Below the pieces are notes generated by a model. The model did not search any database and was not told where the DNA came from. It was given only the letters and a program-made list of their open reading frames with translations. Below, piece after piece: positions 51,742 through 61,408 of a DNA stretch of 64,000 nt (position 1 is the first letter of the stretch; each line of letters opens with the position of its first letter). The translations under genes and the position numbers were made by a program. The stretch is from an uncultured Planctomycetales bacterium (GTDB lineage Bacteria > Omnitrophota > Gorgyraeia > Zapsychrales > JBDRMG01): the NCBI GenBank assembly GCA_964478715.1, contig CAYZIY010000010.1, positions 2,250 through 66,249 on the forward strand, read 5' to 3'.

Positions 51742-52145
51742 ATAATCGCCAATGCTTCAAATCACCGACCATCGTTACAATCACATTGACAGCGGATCAA
51801 AATTTTGTCAGTTTTGATTTTGCGCGCTCAATTTGTGACCAATCGATAAAAGACAATACGGCTTTTGAGAATTTCTGCGAAGGAAAAGGGGCGCGGCAAC
51901 TTCTCCTGATGTCTTTTGAGGAGGCCGCAGGTACATGCTCTGTGAGCGAAGAAGAAGACAGGTTTATGCTTTTTCTTGAGTGGTCAGCTCTTCGATCCGG
52001 CCTGGCTCAATATCTGGGAGAAGAAAGCGAAGACTTTGACAAAGACCGCGCAGAAGTGATCTCGATCGAATACGACAATTCTAAAATCATCATCAAGGAA
52101 CTACTCTTACCGCCGAAAAAGCTTCCCCGTGTTCTCAATGTCTGA
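51726..52145 (+). CDS. hypothetical acidic protein
   Basis: ORF only; overlaps the menA-like end by 16 nt; no motif recognised. Confidence 0.3.
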   Translation: MDSFMNNRQCFKSPTIVTITLTADQNFVSFDFARSICDQSIKDNTAFENFCEGKGARQLLLMSFEEAAGTCSVSEEEDRFMLFLEWSALRSGLAQYLGEESEDFDKDRAEVISIEYDNSKIIIKELLLPPKKLPRVLNV

Positions 52146-52328
52146 ACCTCTCTGCTTTGCCATTTAATATCGCACCCATTAAGATAAAATCAATGTATGC
52201 GCGGGTGATCATATTATTGCCATAGAGAATACATATACAGGTATTTAAAAATCTTGCTATTTTTTATTTAATACAAATAGAGAACATGATAAAATTCCGG
52301 AAAAAGAAATAAGAGAGAGAGGGCATCG

Positions 52329-52880
52329 ATGAGCAAGGCGATATTTTTGGATCGGGACGGAACAATCAATGAAGATATGGGCTACATTTGTAGCCCCCAG
52401 CAATTCCATTTGATTGACCAGGCCGTCGAAGCTCTTTTAATTCTTCAAGGATCATTCCGATTATTTATTGTCACCAATCAATCTGGCGTGGCCCGCGGTT
52501 ATTTCAGTGAGGAACATCTGAAGAGTTTTAACCGCTATGTGGAAGATCTTCTTTTTAAAAAAGGAATCGAAATTCAAAAAACATATTATTGTCCGCATTT
52601 GATAAATGAGAATTGCGTGTGCCATAAACCCAGCAGTTATTTCTTAAAAAAAGCTGCCGAAGAATTCGTGGTTAATTTACGGCAATCGTATGTCATCGGC
52701 GATCATCCCCATGATGTAGAGATGGCCCACAATGTCGATGCCAAAGGGATTTATGTCTTAACAGGGCACGGCCGGAAACATCACCATGAATTAAAATCAA
52801 TCCCGGATCATATTGCCGATAATCTCTATGACGCCAGTCGATGGATAGTTGAAAATGAAACAAGAAAGCAGTTATTCTAA
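52329..52880 (+). CDS. gmhB: D,D-heptose 1,7-bisphosphate phosphatase / HAD-IIIA histidinol-phosphatase-family protein
   Basis: AIFLDRDGTIN, Zn-Cys pattern YYCPH...CVCHKP, GDHPHDVEMAHN. Confidence 0.6.
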   Translation: MSKAIFLDRDGTINEDMGYICSPQQFHLIDQAVEALLILQGSFRLFIVTNQSGVARGYFSEEHLKSFNRYVEDLLFKKGIEIQKTYYCPHLINENCVCHKPSSYFLKKAAEEFVVNLRQSYVIGDHPHDVEMAHNVDAKGIYVLTGHGRKHHHELKSIPDHIADNLYDASRWIVENETRKQLF

Positions 52881-52902
52881 GAGAGATAATATTTCGAATC
52901 GA

Positions 52903-53424
52903 TTAGGTCGTTTCCCTGCCCAGTCCCATCAAAAGCTTTCCGGAGCGGATCATCTCGATAATGTCAAATTTCTTGAGTTTTTCTTCAAACTCATCCAGCT
53001 CATCGGACGTTCCGGCCAGCTCTAAAATAATGGTTTCTTCGCTGATATCAAGGATTTTGCCGGCGAATTGTTTCAGCAGGCTCTGCAGAGAACCCTTCTT
53101 GTAAGATTGGAATTTGATCTTAAATAACGCCAGTTCTTGCGCAAGCGCGTCTTTGGGCGTATGCTCAGTGATATGAATGACATCCACTAGCTTGCGGGTC
53201 TGTTTGATAATTTGGTCCAGAATATTAACATCACCTGAAGCTACAATGGTCATTCGTGAAAAACGGGGATTTACAGACGGGGAAACCACCAGGGAATCAA
53301 TATTAAAACCGCGGCGGGCAAAGACCATGGCGATGCGCATCAGAACACCCGGTTTATTGGCCACCAGTAAACTGATGGTGTGCACGTTTCTCTTTTTATT
53401 ATTTTCTTTTTTTCTTTTTGGCAT
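52903..53424 (-). CDS. ilvN: acetolactate synthase small (regulatory) subunit
   Basis: HTISLLVANKPGVLMRIAMVFARRGFNIDSL ACT domain. The annotated ATG gives a Lys-rich 13-aa extension overlapping ilvB by 26 nt; alternative GTG at 53385. Confidence 0.8.
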   Translation of the reverse strand: MPKRKKENNKKRNVHTISLLVANKPGVLMRIAMVFARRGFNIDSLVVSPSVNPRFSRMTIVASGDVNILDQIIKQTRKLVDVIHITEHTPKDALAQELALFKIKFQSYKKGSLQSLLKQFAGKILDISEETIILELAGTSDELDEFEEKLKKFDIIEMIRSGKLLMGLGRETT

Positions 53425-55174
53425 GGGATCGTTTTTTTATTTTCTGTTTAGGGGGGTCGATAATCATGTGATACGCAGACTTACCGGCCGGAACCATAGG
53501 AAAGACATTATCCTCTTTGATCACTTCCGCGTGGATCAATGCCGGACCTTTGTAATCGATAGCCTGCTTGAGCACTCGTTTGGCATCCTTCACATGATTG
53601 ACATAAAAACCTTTTATTCCAAAAGCCTCGGCTAATTTGACAAAATCGGGATTGCCTACTAAATCGACACCGGAGAGGCGATTGTCAAAAAAAAGCTCCT
53701 GCCATTGGCGCACCATGCCGAGATATTTATTTTCCACCACAATCACTTTAACCGGCAATTTATGAATGGCCATGGTGGCCAACTCCTGTGCCGTCATCTG
53801 AAAACCGCCGTCACCGCAAATCGCGATCACGAGTTCTTTAGGGCAACCGAATTGGGCGCCAAGCGCTGCCGGAAAACCGTAACCCATGGTTCCGGCCCCG
53901 CCACTAGAAAGCCAAGTATTGGGCCTGTCAATCAAGCAAAACTGAGCCGCCCACATCTGATGCTGACCCACATCGGTTACAAAAATAGCGTCACCGCCGC
54001 TCAGTTCATAAGCTGTTCTGATCACATGCTGAGCTGTCAAGCCTTTTGAATTATCGTAATGAAGGGGAAATTCCTTTTTATTAAACTCTAATTCCTTAAG
54101 CCATTCTTTGGTTTCCAGCGGCTGAATTTGAGGCAGGAGGTCTTTGAGAATAGCCTTGGCATCACCAATGGCATAAACATCAGGCTGAACAATCTTGTTG
54201 ATTTCGGCTTCATCAATATCGATGTGCAGTTTCTTGGCGCTAATGCAGAATTCGGTCGGATTCCCGTTGATGCGGTCATCCCATCGGGAGCCGATCGAGA
54301 AAATGAGATCACAGCGCGTTAATGCCTTATTGGCATAAGCTGTTCCGTGCATACCCAACATGCCCAAAGAGAGGGGGTGCGTTTCTGGAAAAGCACCTTT
54401 ACCCAGAAGTGTGTTTACTACCGGAATGTTAAGCGTTTCAGCCAGCTTTTTAACTTCGGCTTCGGCCCGGGCAATCACTGCACCGTGGCCAGCCAAAATC
54501 AAGGGCCGTTTGGATGATTTTAAAAGCTCAGCCATTTGACTGACGCTTTTTTTATCGAATGAAGTTACCGGTTTATAACCGGGTAAATCCATGGATTGAT
54601 TAAACGATCCGGTAAATTCGCCGGCCGTAGCATTTTTAGGCAGATCGATCAAAACCGGACCGGGACGTCCCGTATTGCAAATATGAAAGGCTTCTTTGAC
54701 GACCCGGGGGATCTCATTCGAATTCTTCACAAGATAATTATGCTTAACGATCGGCATGGTCACGCCGAATATATCGGTTTCCTGAAAAGCATCTTTCCCC
54801 AAAAGGCTGGTCGAAACCTGTCCGGTGATAACAATCAGAGGGATGGAATCTAAATGAGCCGTCATGACACCGGTGACGATATTGGTCGCTCCGGGTCCGC
54901 TGGTGGCAATCACGACACCCGGTTTGCCTGTAGCGCGCGCATAACCGTCAGCCATATGGGCCGCGCCCTGTTCATGGCGGGCCAAAATCATCTTGATTTT
55001 GGAATTAACCAAAGCATCGAAAATAGGGATCAATACACCCCCAGGAATACCAAAAAGATACTCCACTCCCTGATCCTCGAGACAGCGGATAAAGGCCTCA
55101 GCGCCTGTCATCGGCTTTTTTCTTTTAGAGGGTTTTTTTGTCACTGATTTTTGTTTAGCTTTTTTCTTAGTCAT
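53399..55174 (-). CDS. ilvB: acetolactate synthase large subunit (biosynthetic type)
   Basis: MTGAEAFIRCLEDQGVEYLFGIPGG, TPP motif GDGGFQM...N. The annotated ATG gives a Lys-rich 21-aa N-terminal extension; alternative ATG at 55111. Confidence 0.85.
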   Translation of the reverse strand: MTKKKAKQKSVTKKPSKRKKPMTGAEAFIRCLEDQGVEYLFGIPGGVLIPIFDALVNSKIKMILARHEQGAAHMADGYARATGKPGVVIATSGPGATNIVTGVMTAHLDSIPLIVITGQVSTSLLGKDAFQETDIFGVTMPIVKHNYLVKNSNEIPRVVKEAFHICNTGRPGPVLIDLPKNATAGEFTGSFNQSMDLPGYKPVTSFDKKSVSQMAELLKSSKRPLILAGHGAVIARAEAEVKKLAETLNIPVVNTLLGKGAFPETHPLSLGMLGMHGTAYANKALTRCDLIFSIGSRWDDRINGNPTEFCISAKKLHIDIDEAEINKIVQPDVYAIGDAKAILKDLLPQIQPLETKEWLKELEFNKKEFPLHYDNSKGLTAQHVIRTAYELSGGDAIFVTDVGQHQMWAAQFCLIDRPNTWLSSGGAGTMGYGFPAALGAQFGCPKELVIAICGDGGFQMTAQELATMAIHKLPVKVIVVENKYLGMVRQWQELFFDNRLSGVDLVGNPDFVKLAEAFGIKGFYVNHVKDAKRVLKQAIDYKGPALIHAEVIKEDNVFPMVPAGKSAYHMIIDPPKQKIKKRSHAKKKKRK

Positions 55175-55313
55175 TTAGAACCTTATGAACTTAATTAAAG
55201 TATTTTGAATTCTAACACAACCATAAAGATGGATGCAAGGAATTTATTACGGCCTTCTTCGGCTTGCTTTTTACTTCTTTTTCATTTATTATGCCCCTTA
55301 AAGGAAAAAAGCC

Positions 55314-56345
55314 ATGCAAAAGAGGTTATCAAAAAGAAAAAAAGTCATCAAGGCGGTGGGGTTGATCAGCGGCGGACTTGACAGCGCACTAGCCCTTTGC
55401 ATGATGCAGGATCAAGGCATCCAGGTTTTTGGTCTGCATTATATTCTGCCCTGGGAAGAGAAAAGAAAACGCAATGCGCAAGCTGTAGCTCAAGAATTGA
55501 GAATACCGCTTAGAACCATATGGCTTAAAGAGAAGTTCTTTGAGATGGTTAAAAATGCGCGTTATGGATATGGCACGGGCATTAACCCCTGCATTGATTG
55601 CCGGATTTTTACCTTTCGATTAGCCCAAAAATATATGAAATCTCTGGGAGCCCACTTTGTTTTCACGGGAGAGGTGCTCGGACAGAGGCCGATGTCGCAG
55701 CTTAAAGACAGCTTAAAGATTGTGGAAGAAAGAAGCGGACTCAAGGGGATCCTTTTAAGACCTTTGTGCGCCCGGTTTCTTGAACCGACCATAGCTGAAA
55801 AGGAAGGCTGGATCAATCGAGAAAAGCTTTTGGATATCAGCGGGCGCTCACGAAAGAAGCAGTACGCGCTTTTGAAAAAATATAGAATCAAACACACGAC
55901 TCAACCAGCTGGTGGGTGCATCTTGACAGATAAAAATTTTGCCTGCCGAGTCAGGGATCTGCTCAAGTACGGGTATCGGGACTTTTGTGATGTGAAGGTT
56001 TTATCTCTCGGTCGACATTTTCGGTTAACAAAAAAGCATAAAGCCATTGCCGGCCGAAATCAAAGGGAAAACAATAAAATGCTTAAATATACGCATGCAG
56101 AAGATATGATTGTGGAATTTGAAAAACACTCAGGCCCAACGGTTGTTCTTCAGGGAAAAAATCCTTCGCGGGCGATGATCAAGAAAGCAGGGGGGATTGT
56201 TCAGTATTTTTCACGCTTCAAAAATGAAAGTCCGCTTGAGGTTATCTATTTTCAAAAGGGTCAAAAGAGAGAGAAGAAGAAAATTGTGGCGGCCGAAATG
56301 TTTGATGAGTTCATCGGCCGCCACAAAATCCAACACGCCAAATAG
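55314..56345 (+). CDS. ThiI-like PP-loop ATP pyrophosphatase (tRNA sulfurtransferase family, no THUMP domain)
   Basis: GLISGGLDSALA SGGxDS PP-loop, VFTGEVLGQRPMSQL...LRPL resembles the ThiI adenylation domain, CIDC pair. Confidence 0.45.
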   Translation: MQKRLSKRKKVIKAVGLISGGLDSALALCMMQDQGIQVFGLHYILPWEEKRKRNAQAVAQELRIPLRTIWLKEKFFEMVKNARYGYGTGINPCIDCRIFTFRLAQKYMKSLGAHFVFTGEVLGQRPMSQLKDSLKIVEERSGLKGILLRPLCARFLEPTIAEKEGWINREKLLDISGRSRKKQYALLKKYRIKHTTQPAGGCILTDKNFACRVRDLLKYGYRDFCDVKVLSLGRHFRLTKKHKAIAGRNQRENNKMLKYTHAEDMIVEFEKHSGPTVVLQGKNPSRAMIKKAGGIVQYFSRFKNESPLEVIYFQKGQKREKKKIVAAEMFDEFIGRHKIQHAK

Positions 56346-56346
56346 A

Positions 56347-56589
56347 TTAGACGTCTTTTTTTATATTATCCTTCAGCCACTGAATAATATCATCCGATTC
56401 GTACAGAGGTTTTCCATCAATAAAAAGGCAGGGCACCTGCGATTTTCCTCCCCCAGTAACCAGTTCCTGCCTGGCCTGATCATCGGCATTGATTCGTTTA
56501 ACTTCCATTTCCATCTTGTTTTCTTTTAAAAAGCTCATCACTTTTGCGCAAAAGGGACAAAAATCCCGAATATAGAGCGTCAGGGTCAT
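56347..56589 (-). CDS. glutaredoxin-family protein
   Basis: 80 aa, CPFC active site, QVPCLFIDG. Confidence 0.75.
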   Translation of the reverse strand: MTLTLYIRDFCPFCAKVMSFLKENKMEMEVKRINADDQARQELVTGGGKSQVPCLFIDGKPLYESDDIIQWLKDNIKKDV

Positions 56590-57536
56590 TTCATTTTCCT
56601 TTCCTTAACCATATTTTCGATTTGTGCAATCACCGGTGTCCCTAGATCCTCACCTGTCAAGCGCTCGATTTCCTGAAGACAGGTCGGGCTGGTGACATTG
56701 ACTTCGATTAAATAATCTCCAATCACGTCAATGCCCACAAGAAAAAGCCCCAAATCTCTTAAATGAGGGGCAATTTCATCAATGATTTCATGTTCTCTTT
56801 CTGTTATATCACAGGCCATGGGCTCGCCACCCGAAAAGAAGTTATTGCGATGATCATCTTTGCTGTGTACCCGCAGAACGGCCCCCAAGAATTCTCCATC
56901 AAGCAGGAGAATCCGTTTATCACCCATATTGGCGTCCTTGACAAATTTCTGTAGAATAATATCCTTTTCGTAATTCTCTGTCAGTGTTTCTAAAATCACA
57001 TGAGCATTATTATCGCCCTCATTGATTAGAAACACCTTGGAACCTCCGTAACTATTGGTGGGCTTGGCGACCACAGTTTTGTGCGTTTTAAAAAAGTCCC
57101 GCAGTTCAAGCTTCTTTCGGCTAATGATGGTTTTTGGTATGTACTGAGGAAATCGCGTTACCCAGATTTTCTCATTAACGGTGCGCAATCCTTCAGGCCG
57201 ATTAACCACGACAATTCTTTGAGAAATTCGATCAAGTAACCAGGTATTGAGCAAATATTGCTCGTCAAAGGGCGGATCATTGCGAATAAAAACTGCATCA
57301 AATTCGTCTTCGCATGTCTGAAAGGCCTCGATCAAGCTGATGGGTATTTCATCCTGTCGATTTACCTTGATACGGCAGGCATCAAAATACAGTTTATCAT
57401 TCTTGAGAATAATATCGCCGTCCTGACATATATAAATATTATGATTTCGCTTTTGCGCGCAGTCCATCAAGGCCAAGGACGTATCCTTTTTGGGATTAAT
57501 GCTTTGAGGTTGATCAACTAAAAAAAGAAATTTCAT
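56586..57536 (-). CDS. gshB: glutathione synthetase (prokaryotic ATP-grasp type)
   Basis: MKFLFLVDQPQSINPKKDTSLALM N-terminal GshB domain, ATP-grasp C-terminal half. 4-nt overlaps with both neighbours. Confidence 0.8.
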   Translation of the reverse strand: MKFLFLVDQPQSINPKKDTSLALMDCAQKRNHNIYICQDGDIILKNDKLYFDACRIKVNRQDEIPISLIEAFQTCEDEFDAVFIRNDPPFDEQYLLNTWLLDRISQRIVVVNRPEGLRTVNEKIWVTRFPQYIPKTIISRKKLELRDFFKTHKTVVAKPTNSYGGSKVFLINEGDNNAHVILETLTENYEKDIILQKFVKDANMGDKRILLLDGEFLGAVLRVHSKDDHRNNFFSGGEPMACDITEREHEIIDEIAPHLRDLGLFLVGIDVIGDYLIEVNVTSPTCLQEIERLTGEDLGTPVIAQIENMVKERKMK

Positions 57537-58786
57537 ATCTGGACTGTTTCCAACTGCTGAATTTCCCGGTGCGCGGCAATCGCCGCGATCCTGGAGAGAA
57601 TCCGATAGACGTCAAAGATATTCATATCATGATGAACGCCGCAGTCACCATATTTTGTTTGGTGAGGACACATTTTCTGAAAATCCATGCCTACCGAATT
57701 AAGATTCTCGCGGTTGGATTTCGAGAAGTGACTGCGGTAAAATCCGCCCACCAAATTATTCTCTATTTGATAAATGCAGACTTCCGAAACTTTGTTTTCG
57801 ATGTGATACATTGTCGGTACGCCTTCCTGAAGCAAAAAGCGATGAATCGGTTTGGAGTTTTTTCCTTTAGCGAGCTTATTGCGCATCTTTCTGTTCAAAT
57901 GAAGCAAGTCTTGAGCGCTTTCGATTGCTAAAACTCCCATGCCGTATGTCCCGCTGTCCGACTTCAAAAAGAGAAAAGGTTTTTCGCAAATGCCGTGTTC
58001 TTCGTATTTTGAGCGAATTCTCGACATTAAATCACTAGCGTGATCAACAATTTTCTTACGATCTTCTTCGCTATTAATATCAATCGAATCGAGGATAGCA
58101 TCAAAGCATGTCAGGAGCCAGGGATCGATATTCAGCAAACGACCAAATTCTTTCATCAGATCTGCGGTGTGGAGAAAATGATGGGATTTTAACCGGGAAT
58201 GCCATCCGGCCTGCATGGACGGGTAGATGGGAATACCGGCTTGCAGTAAAACATCGGGAATGCCGGAGGTCAAGTCGTTGTTTAAAATAATCAAATCGTA
58301 ATGGCGAGTTCCGTTTTTGATTTTCTCCAGAATGCGCTTAAAGCAACAAATCCTCACCATAGAATCGGTTGCGGTTTTCAACTCCACGCTAACAACATCT
58401 TCACAGAAACTCGGCTGAACGGATAAAAACGTTGCAATATCGGTTTCAAAACCGGCCCGGGAGATGATCTCTTTAAGAATACGGATATTCTCCAAATACC
58501 AGGTGTTTCGCGTATGTTCTTCAGCAATGATGAGAACTCTCCGGCAATGAGTGGAACGTCTCAGCAAGGCATTTTTAAGATATTCAACCGAATCATTGAT
58601 GCCGTGTTCGCATAGATTATTGAATCCAGCTGGAAAAAGATTGGTATCTACAACGGCTGCTTTAAAACCGGCATCACGGATATCAACCGATGAATAAAGA
58701 GGAAGATCATGAAGAGTCTCATGTTTTTCCAGCCAATGGTAGATGTCGGACTGTCTGCTTTTTATTTTCTCAACGATATCAATCAT
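57533..58786 (-). CDS. gshA: glutamate--cysteine ligase (short GshA-like)
   Basis: N-terminus MIDIVEKIKSRQSDIYHWLEKH parallels E. coli GshA MIPDVSQALAWLEKH. Operon context with gshB and grx. Shorter than E. coli GshA. Confidence 0.5.
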   Translation of the reverse strand: MIDIVEKIKSRQSDIYHWLEKHETLHDLPLYSSVDIRDAGFKAAVVDTNLFPAGFNNLCEHGINDSVEYLKNALLRRSTHCRRVLIIAEEHTRNTWYLENIRILKEIISRAGFETDIATFLSVQPSFCEDVVSVELKTATDSMVRICCFKRILEKIKNGTRHYDLIILNNDLTSGIPDVLLQAGIPIYPSMQAGWHSRLKSHHFLHTADLMKEFGRLLNIDPWLLTCFDAILDSIDINSEEDRKKIVDHASDLMSRIRSKYEEHGICEKPFLFLKSDSGTYGMGVLAIESAQDLLHLNRKMRNKLAKGKNSKPIHRFLLQEGVPTMYHIENKVSEVCIYQIENNLVGGFYRSHFSKSNRENLNSVGMDFQKMCPHQTKYGDCGVHHDMNIFDVYRILSRIAAIAAHREIQQLETVQI

Positions 58787-58787
58787 T

Positions 58788-59576
58788 TTATGTCCGCAGT
58801 TTATAGCCGATTTTAAAAAGAGAAATGGTCAAAAAGAAAATTGCCATCGACGAAATAAAAGCCAAAACGATGCTGTAAATGATAGGTATTTCGGTGATTC
58901 CGGTCATGGAGAAGCGCATGCCGTTAACCAGATAAAAAATTGGATCGAGCTTGGTTAAAAAGCGAAATGTCCCGGGGATAGAATGCGCAGGATGAAAAAC
59001 CCCGCCGATAAAAATAAGCGGCGTGATAAAATACGTACTGAACATTCCCAGCATATTGAAATCTTCGGCCCACAAAGCCGCCAGCATTCCCAGGCAGGAA
59101 AAGAAACAGCTAATCATCACCACAAAATAGATTAGGAGAAAAGGATGAGCAATCCGGATGGGATGAAAAAATCCTGAAATAAGAAGTACGCCCAGCGACA
59201 CCAAAAAGCCCCTGACGACACCACCGCCAAGAAGCCCCAGAACCATTTCGAAGTAGGAAAGCGGCGATAAAAGAATTTCCTGAACGTGATTGTGCCAGCG
59301 GGCGATAAAAAGCGAGGAACTGGTATTTTCATACGAACTTGTAATCAGATGCATGGTCATTAAACCCGGCACAATAAAACTGAGATAACTCATCTGAAGA
59401 TCCTCAAAAGCCAGGCGTTTTCCAATCGCCAATCCGAAAATGCAAATAAAAAGAACCGAAGAAATGAGGGGAGGAATAATCGTTTGGGTGGCTACAGACA
59501 GAAAACGGACAATTTCCCGCCGCAAAAGCGTTAAAACACCCACGGGATTAGTGATCATGACATGGTCGCCGTTCAT
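58788..59576 (-). CDS. ABC-2-type transporter permease
   Basis: 6 TM helices, ABC-2 family topology, 4-nt overlap with the ATPase gene. Confidence 0.7.
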   Translation of the reverse strand: MNGDHVMITNPVGVLTLLRREIVRFLSVATQTIIPPLISSVLFICIFGLAIGKRLAFEDLQMSYLSFIVPGLMTMHLITSSYENTSSSLFIARWHNHVQEILLSPLSYFEMVLGLLGGGVVRGFLVSLGVLLISGFFHPIRIAHPFLLIYFVVMISCFFSCLGMLAALWAEDFNMLGMFSTYFITPLIFIGGVFHPAHSIPGTFRFLTKLDPIFYLVNGMRFSMTGITEIPIIYSIVLAFISSMAIFFLTISLFKIGYKLRT

Positions 59577-60301
59577 TCTGAGCTTGTGACCTCCAAAAAC
59601 ACCGATTCAAGATTCTTTTCATGCAAAACGTTCTGCTTATCGCCTAAGCGCACAATTTTTCCCTGATGGATAATAGCGATTTTTTTGCATAACCGCTCGG
59701 CTTCTTCCATATAATGCGTGGTTAGAAAAATGGTCTTGCCTTCATTATTGAGTTTAATCAGATAATCCCAAATCCGGAATTTCAGCTCCAGATCGCATCC
59801 GGCGGTCGGTTCATCTAAAATCAATATCTCCGGATCGTGGATCAGGGCCCGACAAAGAAGAAGTCTTTTTTTCATTCCTCCGGAAAGGGCTCTGTGCTTG
59901 ACATTTCGTTTTTCAATCAATTGAAAGCGTTCCAATAATTCTCGAGCCCGATTTTTGGCTGTTATGCGGGGAATACCGAAATAGCCCGCTTGATAAACCA
60001 GAATGCGTTCAACCGTCAGAAAGGGATCAAAATTTACTTCCTGGCCGCATAGACCGATCAACTTGCGGGTTTGGCGGTATTCACGGACTCCGTCATAACC
60101 GAAAACTTTTATTTCTCCCTTTTGATAATTAGAAAGGCCCGTCACGCAGTTAATGGTTGTCGTTTTGCCGGCACCGTTGGGTCCTAAGAACGCAAAAAAA
60201 TCACCTCTTTGGACTTGAAAGGAAATATCGTGGATCGCCTCAAAAGATCCGTAATATTTACGCAAATTTTTTATATCAATAGCAATGGTCGAATCACGCA
60301 T
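59573..60301 (-). CDS. ABC transporter ATP-binding protein
   Basis: GPNGAGKTT Walker A, LSGGMKKRL signature, ILDEPTAG Walker B. Confidence 0.85.
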   Translation of the reverse strand: MRDSTIAIDIKNLRKYYGSFEAIHDISFQVQRGDFFAFLGPNGAGKTTTINCVTGLSNYQKGEIKVFGYDGVREYRQTRKLIGLCGQEVNFDPFLTVERILVYQAGYFGIPRITAKNRARELLERFQLIEKRNVKHRALSGGMKKRLLLCRALIHDPEILILDEPTAGCDLELKFRIWDYLIKLNNEGKTIFLTTHYMEEAERLCKKIAIIHQGKIVRLGDKQNVLHEKNLESVFLEVTSSE

Positions 60302-60342
60302 GGCAATGATTATAGGTCTTTGCTCAGTTCATGTCAAAATTT

Positions 60343-61311
60343 TTAACCACAGGGGTGTATTTTTTTAAAGTTCTTCAGCTGCTCTACGATTGACTCAATA
60401 TCTTTCATTTGCATAAGACGGGAGCGGAATTTAGCCACGCCGGGAAGCTCGCGCAAGTAACCGGCATAGTGCTTTTTGAAATCATTGATGCCGCAGCGTT
60501 GGCCGTGAAATCGTATGGATAATTCTAAATGATTAATACACAGTTGTATCTTTTCTGTAAGATCAATACTCCGGGGCGCTGCGCCCGATTGTAAAAATTC
60601 TTTTGCCTGCCGAAAAATCCAGGGATTCTTGATTGCGCCCCGGCCAATCATGACACCATCACAGCCCAGATCATATAATGTCTTGACATCATTAACCGTT
60701 TCAACATCACCGTTGCCGATCAGAGGGATTTTAATCGCCTGACGGATTTTGGGCAACCATGACCAGTCAGCCTTTCCATCAAAACCTTGCATGCGTGTAC
60801 GGCAATGAACGCATAAGGTTTTAGCCCCGGCTGTTTCGCACATACGGGCCACTTCGGTGATATTAATTGAGCGCGTATCCCAACCCAAACGGGTCTTAAC
60901 GGTTACCGGCAACCTTGTACCCCTGACCACGGCCCGAACGATCTTTTCAAATTTGCGGATATCTTTAAGTAAGCCGGATCCCTCCCCGCGGGACGCGTGA
61001 TTCGAAACCCAACATCCGGCATTAATATCAATAAAATCGGGATGAGCGCTCTCGGCAACGGCAGCCGCTTCGCGCATAGCTTCTTCACGGGCACCGACAA
61101 TTTGAATGGCAATGGGCCGTTCTTCATCCGTTACCAGAATCTTATGCAGGGCCTTGCGGGCATCACGAATGAGAGCCTCAGAGCTGGTAAATTCCGTATA
61201 GAGCAGATCAACCCCTAATCGTTTGCAGATCAAGCGAAAAGGAGTAGAGGTGATGTCATCCATCGGTGCTAGAGCTAAAGGACGATCGATGTCGATAGAT
61301 CCGATTTTCAT
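60343..61311 (-). CDS. tRNA-dihydrouridine synthase
   Basis: LALAPMDDITSTPFR, TIM-barrel FMN-binding Dus pattern, VKTRLGW. Confidence 0.8.
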   Translation of the reverse strand: MKIGSIDIDRPLALAPMDDITSTPFRLICKRLGVDLLYTEFTSSEALIRDARKALHKILVTDEERPIAIQIVGAREEAMREAAAVAESAHPDFIDINAGCWVSNHASRGEGSGLLKDIRKFEKIVRAVVRGTRLPVTVKTRLGWDTRSINITEVARMCETAGAKTLCVHCRTRMQGFDGKADWSWLPKIRQAIKIPLIGNGDVETVNDVKTLYDLGCDGVMIGRGAIKNPWIFRQAKEFLQSGAAPRSIDLTEKIQLCINHLELSIRFHGQRCGINDFKKHYAGYLRELPGVAKFRSRLMQMKDIESIVEQLKNFKKIHPCG

Positions 61312-61408
61312 AGAAGGAGCATTATAACTTAAATTAATAGTGATGAAAAGGAGTTGCTTGCAAACAACTCTTTGTATTTAGACTAATAATGATATACTGA
61401 TAATCATC

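Noticed and set aside
53177-54049. Plus-strand ORFs (152 and 114 aa) over ilvN/ilvB
   Set aside because: Antisense shadow ORFs within strongly supported ilvBN.
55175-55313. Possible ilvB leader peptide or attenuator upstream of ilvB (minus strand)
   Set aside because: Only a 4-codon MKKK ORF and no branched-chain-codon-rich leader or alternative hairpins could be discerned by eye.
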